NCBI GenBank assembly: GCA_964650525.1
Contig: CAZYUA010000005.1
Span: 48,436-112,435, forward strand
Origin: an uncultured Prolixibacteraceae bacterium
Lineage (GTDB): Bacteria > Bacteroidota > Bacteroidia > Bacteroidales > Prolixibacteraceae
Reading direction: 5' to 3'
Length of the DNA stretch: 64,000 bases
The position numbers were made by a program, and so were the translations under genes. Positions 58,868 through 64,000 of this stretch are shown here, one piece after another. Numbering within the stretch: position 1 is the first letter of the stretch; the number at the start of each line of letters is the position of its first letter. Under the pieces are notes generated by a model. That model worked only from the letters and a program-made list of their open reading frames with translations, was not told where the DNA came from and did no database searches.

Positions 58868-59403
58868 TCGTATCAGTTTAATTCATTGAAATTCAATTAT
58901 TTTTGCAACCACCAGGTCATCACGCTCAACCGTAAACCCTGCATCCGGCAGGAACCAAAAACTCCCCTGGGATTACGCAAGGAAGGGAACCTGACAGGGC
59001 CGCGGCTGTATTCATCTCCCTTTTACCACCAACCCTTTACCGCATTTACCCTGCTCTTCGAGACCTGAAAAAAATATGGCAAATTTCGCTTTTTACCATC
59101 CCCCCAGGTACCTGAATCAGTTTCCGGCTGATAAAAATAGTATTTTTACACTGATTACCATCGAAGGTTGATCAATCCCGGCTGGAAGAAAACCGTTTGT
59201 CCGGGGATCGTCAGGGTTTTCCCCTGAACCGGTTCCGGAAAGAGTATCTGCCCGGGGAAAAGCTGTAGGTTTCAGGCTTTTCGCGTTATCAAACCTGAAA
59301 AATGAACTACCCGGCCGCAAGCATCGGGGCATCTTGTTGGTTAACATAATTTATTTTGCGCTGCAGAGCGGCGGGGAATTAATCCCATAGAGATTAAAAG
59401 GTT

Positions 59404-61158
59404 ATGAGAAATTTTATGTTCACGGCTATGATGGCTGCCGCACTGATGGGGTGCGGACGGCAACAGGTAAACCAGACGCAGTCGCTTACTGCCGGTCACG
59501 AATGGCAGTTTAAAACCGGGGATTCGTTGGTTTGGGCTGAACCTTCGTACGACGATTCGGGCTGGACAACCATAACAACGGCACAGACCTGGGAGGAGCA
59601 GGGCTTCACCGGGTACGACGGTTTTGGCTGGTACAGGCAGAGGTTTGCGATTCCGGAGGGTTTTGACAAGACCATCAGGGAAAATGGAGGATTGGTCATC
59701 TCCTTTGCTAATGCCGACGATGCCGATGAATTGTATTTCAATGGTACACTGGTTGGTGCTACCGGAAAATTGCCTCCGGAATATATCAGCGGCTACGGTA
59801 TTAAACGCCGGTATGTAGTACCTCCTGAACGGGTGAAGACCGGAGAAACCAACCTGATAGCCCTTCGGGTTTTTGATGGTGGCGGAGGCGGAGGTATTGT
59901 TACAGAACAGGTAAACATTTTTCCCTTATCGGAAGTGCACCAGCTACCCTTGTCCGTCCGGATTCATGAGGAGGACTGGGTCTTCCGGGGTCAACCGGAG
60001 GCATCGGTCGGGATAGCCGTTGCCGGACTCCCGGGCAAAAATTGTAAGGTCACCATTCTGCTGAACCTTTCCACCGATGACTACCAACCGGTTGGAGAAT
60101 ACACTGATAATGTAAAGGTTATAAAAGGAGACACCGCCGTAGCCCGCTTCAAGATCACCCTTCCTGCCCCCGGTTTTTACCGCTGTTCGGCCAGTGCCGT
60201 TAAGGAGGGCATTAAAGGAGAAGCGATCCTTTTCAATATCGGGTATGAACCTGAAAAAATAGTATCGCCACCCGATGCCATGCCCGATTTTGATGAATTC
60301 TGGAAAAACACCCGGGCAGAACTGGACAAGGTTCCCCCGCAATTCCGGATGGAACGGATGCAAGAGCGCTCTGAAGGAGCCAGGAATCTGTACCATGTTA
60401 AAATGCAGTCGTTCGGAAATGTGACCATTGAGGGATATTATGCCGCGCCCAAGGCGACCGGGAAATACCCTGTCATCATCGGGTACATGGGTTACGGATC
60501 GGAACCCTGGATGCCTGGCAGCGACGACAACCCGGATGTTGCCGAATTTATTCTTTCAGTGCGCGGACAAGGGATCCAGAAGGCCGGCAATCCCTATGGC
60601 AAATGGATTGTCCATGGTCTGGAGTCGAAAGAAACCTACTACTATCGCGGGGCCTTCATGGATCTGGTGCGGGCCATCGATTTTGTAGCTTCCCGGCCTG
60701 AAGTCGACGCAGAAAAAATTGTCGCAGAAGGAGGCAGCCAGGGCGGGGCTTTTACTCTGGCTGCCTGTGCCCTCGACGACCGCATCAGGGCTGCGGCCCC
60801 GACCATTCCGTTTCTCAGCGACTACCCCCACTATTTCAGGATTGCTCCCTGGCCGGCCAGCGATTTCAGGGAATACCTGCAGGCTAACCCTGATCGCACG
60901 TGGGATGAAATCTACCGGATTCTCTCCTACTTCGACATTAAAAACCTGGCTCCCCGCATCACCTGCCCGGTACTGATGGCAGCCGGCCTGCAGGACGACG
61001 TCTGCCCTCCCCATACCAACTTCGCTGCCTATAACCTGATACCCGGTGAAAAAAAATACTACATCTTCCCTGACCAGGGACATAATGTTCCGGCTCGCTG
61101 GTACCAGCTGAGAATGCAGTTCTTCAGGGAAAAACTCGAATCAGGCCAGGAGAGGTGA
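59404..61158 (+). CDS. CE7 acetyl-xylan esterase / cephalosporin-C deacetylase-like enzyme with N-terminal galactose-binding-like domain
   Basis: CE7 blocks LSVRGQG and the nucleophile elbow GGSQGGAF, with a C-terminal DQGHN. The N-terminal about 170 aa (WQFKTGDSLVWAEPSYDDSGW...ELYFNG) resembles the sugar-binding jelly-roll of GH2-type proteins. Confidence 0.78.
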   Translation: MRNFMFTAMMAAALMGCGRQQVNQTQSLTAGHEWQFKTGDSLVWAEPSYDDSGWTTITTAQTWEEQGFTGYDGFGWYRQRFAIPEGFDKTIRENGGLVISFANADDADELYFNGTLVGATGKLPPEYISGYGIKRRYVVPPERVKTGETNLIALRVFDGGGGGGIVTEQVNIFPLSEVHQLPLSVRIHEEDWVFRGQPEASVGIAVAGLPGKNCKVTILLNLSTDDYQPVGEYTDNVKVIKGDTAVARFKITLPAPGFYRCSASAVKEGIKGEAILFNIGYEPEKIVSPPDAMPDFDEFWKNTRAELDKVPPQFRMERMQERSEGARNLYHVKMQSFGNVTIEGYYAAPKATGKYPVIIGYMGYGSEPWMPGSDDNPDVAEFILSVRGQGIQKAGNPYGKWIVHGLESKETYYYRGAFMDLVRAIDFVASRPEVDAEKIVAEGGSQGGAFTLAACALDDRIRAAAPTIPFLSDYPHYFRIAPWPASDFREYLQANPDRTWDEIYRILSYFDIKNLAPRITCPVLMAAGLQDDVCPPHTNFAAYNLIPGEKKYYIFPDQGHNVPARWYQLRMQFFREKLESGQER

Positions 61159-61267
61159 TAGGGATGGTCAGCCTGCCCGTATCCTGCACAACATGGGGAT
61201 ACAGAGGCCAAAACGAGTGCTCTCAACAACAAAGCGTCAGTTTCAATAACGATTTAACCATCATGCG

Positions 61268-62971
61268 ATGACTCTATCCGGGAATTTTCAAAACAAGTAC
61301 AGGGATTTCAGAAGCTGGCTATTTGTGCTGGTGCTCTTGTGGTGGCTCCCGCTGATGCCGGCTGCCGCTCAGGAGGTGAAGGTGGAAGCCGAAAGCGGAC
61401 AGTTCACAGGGGTATCTGTATTCAAGAGCGTTGCCGGCTATTCCGGAACAGGGGTCGTTGGCCGGTTTACAAGCACCAGCGACAAACTGACCCTTTCTGT
61501 TCCCCTGACGGTAGATGCCCGGTACGACATCTTCATCGGGTACTGCGTTGAAGGAACAACAAAAATCATTAACGTGGATGTTAACGGGACCAGAAGTTCA
61601 TTGGAAATTCCCATTTTGGACGGAAAGATCCATGAAGTCAAATTCGGCAACCTGGCCCTGAAGGCGGGCAATGTTACTGTGACCATCACACCCAACTGGA
61701 CCTGGTTTTACATTGATTATGTAAGGTTTACAAAATCAGAGGCTGCGGGAACAGGGTTTTCCATCTCCCCCATACCGGTTAATTCATCAGCCAACCTGGC
61801 AGCCCAGAATGTATACTCTTTTCTGAAAGATAATTTCCTGCAAAAGACCATTTCCGGAGTGATGACCCTGAAGCCGCTGAGCAACAGCACAAACGAAATT
61901 TCCTACCTGAAGGGTATCACCGGCCGGGAGCCGGCTTTGCTGGGACTCGACTTCATGGACCATATCAACAGCAGCTGGGTCAACAATCCCGACCTTATAA
62001 AAGATGCGAAAACCTGGTGGGGACGCAGAGGCATTGTTGCCCTCTGCTGGCACTGGAGGGATCCTTCCCGGACAACATCGGCCTTTTACACAGCCGACAC
62101 CTCCTTTGATATCACCGCTGTAAATGATACCACCTCAGCAGGATACAAAGCCATGGTACGCGACATGGATCAGGTAGCCGGTTATCTGAAAGAGTTGCAG
62201 GCAGCAGGAGTGGCGGTGCTCTGGCGCCCTCTCCACGAGGCTGCCGGAGGATGGTTCTGGTGGGGAGCCAAAGGCGCCGGCCCCTGCGTCAACTTGTGGC
62301 GGCTGATGTTCAACCGCTTTACCTATTACCACCGGCTGAACAACCTGATCTGGATTTGGACTACCACCGACGACAGCAAAGCGCTTGCCTGGTACCCCGG
62401 AGATGATTACGTGGACATTCTGGGAATGGATATCTATCCGGGCGAAAAACAACATGGCTCCCAGGTGATCTCCTTTGAAAAGGTGAAGGAGATCTTCGGA
62501 GGTCATAAAATCATCACCCTCAGTGAATGTGGCTCTATTCCCTACCCGGAACAAATGCAATCCGACGGGGCTTACTGGTCCTACTTCATGCCCTGGTACG
62601 GAACCCACACCAAAGACTCTGTCCATAATTCCGTTAACGACTGGAAAAAAATCCTGGGAAGCGATTTTGTCATCACGCTCGATGAGATGCCTCAATTGGC
62701 CGTCAGCGCTATTAATAAAGAGGTTTCCTCTTCCGGGCCTTTCGACGGAGCTTCCCTTTCCTGGAGCAGGGAGGGAATCCGGCTGGAATTACCCGAGTCT
62801 GCAGAATCCTGCCAGGTTTGTGTTTATGACACCTCCGGCCATCTTCTTTTCCGGAAAGACAAACTCCGCGAAAATCCTGTTCTTATTCCTGTTCCCCGAC
62901 GGAAACGCAGCCTTTTGCTGGTTCAGGTTTCCAACGGACAACACCGCAGGTTATTTAAACTGGCCCCATAA
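61268..62971 (+). CDS. GH26 beta-mannanase with N-terminal CBM6/35-like module and C-terminal T9SS-type sorting domain
   Basis: CBM-like VKVEAESGQFTG...WFYIDYVRF. GH26 catalytic blocks WRPLHEAAGGWFWWG (acid/base Glu) and LSECGS (nucleophile Glu). The C-terminal about 80 aa (CQVCVYDTSGHLLF...LLLVQVSNG) resembles a T9SS CTD. Confidence 0.82.
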   Translation: MTLSGNFQNKYRDFRSWLFVLVLLWWLPLMPAAAQEVKVEAESGQFTGVSVFKSVAGYSGTGVVGRFTSTSDKLTLSVPLTVDARYDIFIGYCVEGTTKIINVDVNGTRSSLEIPILDGKIHEVKFGNLALKAGNVTVTITPNWTWFYIDYVRFTKSEAAGTGFSISPIPVNSSANLAAQNVYSFLKDNFLQKTISGVMTLKPLSNSTNEISYLKGITGREPALLGLDFMDHINSSWVNNPDLIKDAKTWWGRRGIVALCWHWRDPSRTTSAFYTADTSFDITAVNDTTSAGYKAMVRDMDQVAGYLKELQAAGVAVLWRPLHEAAGGWFWWGAKGAGPCVNLWRLMFNRFTYYHRLNNLIWIWTTTDDSKALAWYPGDDYVDILGMDIYPGEKQHGSQVISFEKVKEIFGGHKIITLSECGSIPYPEQMQSDGAYWSYFMPWYGTHTKDSVHNSVNDWKKILGSDFVITLDEMPQLAVSAINKEVSSSGPFDGASLSWSREGIRLELPESAESCQVCVYDTSGHLLFRKDKLRENPVLIPVPRRKRSLLLVQVSNGQHRRLFKLAP

Positions 62972-62995
62972 GCTGGGAGATTAATTAGGTATTAC

Positions 62996-64000
62996 ATGAG
63001 CAACCAACGGATACGCAATTTTCTTTTCCCGGTTTTGCTGGTTTCTCTCCTGTTCCCGGAGGCACCTGTATCCGGGGAATCCTTCCCTGGTGGTTCCTCC
63101 GAAGGCTCCTTCCCCCGGGGAGATACGCTTAAGGCGGGAAGCGATGCCGGAGGGGTGGGTTGCATAGCAGAAACCGGACCTTCCGTGCAGAAGGGGCAGG
63201 GATACCTGTTTGCCTACTTCACAGCCAAAAACAACAACCGGAACGGCCTTCACCTGGCCTGGAGCACCGACGGTTACCAATGGACACCCATAGGCCCTGA
63301 GCTTCCCTTCCTGGTACCCGAACCGGTCCCCCCGGAAAACCCCCTGAGAATGCGGGATCCCTTTCTGATGCAGGCGCCTGACGGAACCTGGCACTGCCTT
63401 TGGACTACCGGATGGGAAACCAGCTGCATTGGCCATGCTACCAGCAGGGATCTGATCCACTGGTCGAAACAAACCTACCCGGAGGTAATGAAGGGTTATG
63501 AAGCCCGAAATTGTTGGGCTCCGGAGATGATCTGGAACGAGGGTAACAACGAATTTCTCATCTTCTGGGCCAGCACCATCATGGAAAACGGAGTGTGGAA
63601 AACCGAACCCGGTCACCCTTACGACCACCGTATGTACTGCACCACAACTACCGATTTCATCCACTTTAGTCCTGCAAGACTCTTTTTCGATCCCGGCCAC
63701 AGTGTAATCGATGCCACCATTTTGAAAAACGGCAGCCACTATATGATGATCTACAAGGACGAACGGGAATTTCCGGCACCCCGGAAAAACCTGTTGATTG
63801 CCAAAGCAGACCGCGCCGATGGTCCTTACATCCCTGTCAGTGAAACCCCGTTTACCGGAAACTGGGTGGAAGGACCTGCTATTTGCGTGCTGCCCGACAG
63901 CAGTTACCTGATTTTCATGGAAGCTTACCGTGAACACCGTTACCTGGCCAAACAAACCCGCGATTTCACTCATTTTGAGGAGGTAACAGAGAGAATTTCC
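62996..64000 (+). CDS. GH43-like five-bladed beta-propeller glycoside hydrolase (partial; continues past window end)
   Basis: Absent from the ORF track because there is no stop in the window. Manual translation from ATG 62996 gives a signal-like N-terminus, then MRDPFLMQAPDGTWH, CWAPEMIWNEGNNEFLIFWAS, VIDATILKNGSHYMMIY and WVEGPAICVL. This is the D / D / E catalytic pattern order of GH43-clan propellers. Confidence 0.7.
   Translation, partial: MSNQRIRNFLFPVLLVSLLFPEAPVSGESFPGGSSEGSFPRGDTLKAGSDAGGVGCIAETGPSVQKGQGYLFAYFTAKNNNRNGLHLAWSTDGYQWTPIGPELPFLVPEPVPPENPLRMRDPFLMQAPDGTWHCLWTTGWETSCIGHATSRDLIHWSKQTYPEVMKGYEARNCWAPEMIWNEGNNEFLIFWASTIMENGVWKTEPGHPYDHRMYCTTTTDFIHFSPARLFFDPGHSVIDATILKNGSHYMMIYKDEREFPAPRKNLLIAKADRADGPYIPVSETPFTGNWVEGPAICVLPDSSYLIFMEAYREHRYLAKQTRDFTHFEEVTERIS

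Noticed and set aside
62981-63973. 330-aa minus-strand ORF, the only tracked ORF in this region
   Set aside because: The plus strand is open from ATG 62996 to the window end. It encodes a signal peptide plus the GH43-clan motif order (RDPF, WAPEM, IDAT, EGPA). The minus ORF is its in-phase shadow.

Overview
The window looks like a Bacteroidota chromosomal segment. Supporting this are T9SS C-terminal sorting domains, TAnnTTTG-type -7 promoter boxes, no obvious Shine-Dalgarno use, and the gene orders acpP-fabF-rnc, exbB-x-exbD-exbD and sigma-54 activator-lptE-like-x-secG-groES-groEL. Coding density is high: 55 protein genes (two truncated by the window edges) plus one tRNA-Ser(GGA). By eye I found no rRNA, CRISPR array, transposase, integrase, phage or toxin-antitoxin genes.

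Most of the content is core housekeeping: nadB, aroB/aroA, aspS, leuS, lepA, groESL, gdhA, ansA, kdsB, purN, rnc, fabF, acpP, secG, tadA, dprA and a DEAD-box helicase.

Three stretches look more accessory:
- 2.6-13.3 kb: seven co-directional genes. These are a GHL10-like hydrolase, a DUF4922 GalT/HIT-like enzyme, a SpoIID/LytB protein with no signal peptide, a GH9, an AmpG-type permease with a roughly 200-aa insert, an alkaline phosphatase and an acyltransferase.
- 19.2-22.9 kb: a divergent pair of a NagX/HGSNAT-like membrane acyltransferase and a chitobiase-type GH20.
- 54.1-64.0 kb: a TonB-dependent receptor followed by a glycan-degradation set (DUF1080, Tat-exported TIM-barrel isomerase, CE7 esterase, CBM-GH26-T9SS mannanase, GH43-like).

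I did not find a convincing defence, mobile or clearly novel multi-gene system. The best candidate for undescribed biology is the 2.6-13.3 kb cell-wall/amino-sugar locus. The non-coding oddities are modest:
- tandem terminator-like hairpins upstream of the TonB-dependent receptor;
- a possible small RNA ending in a strong terminator about 220 nt downstream of that receptor;
- a perfect inverted repeat and a partial sigma-54-like -24 box upstream of groES.

All protein calls rest on motif recognition in the supplied translations. No database search was run.
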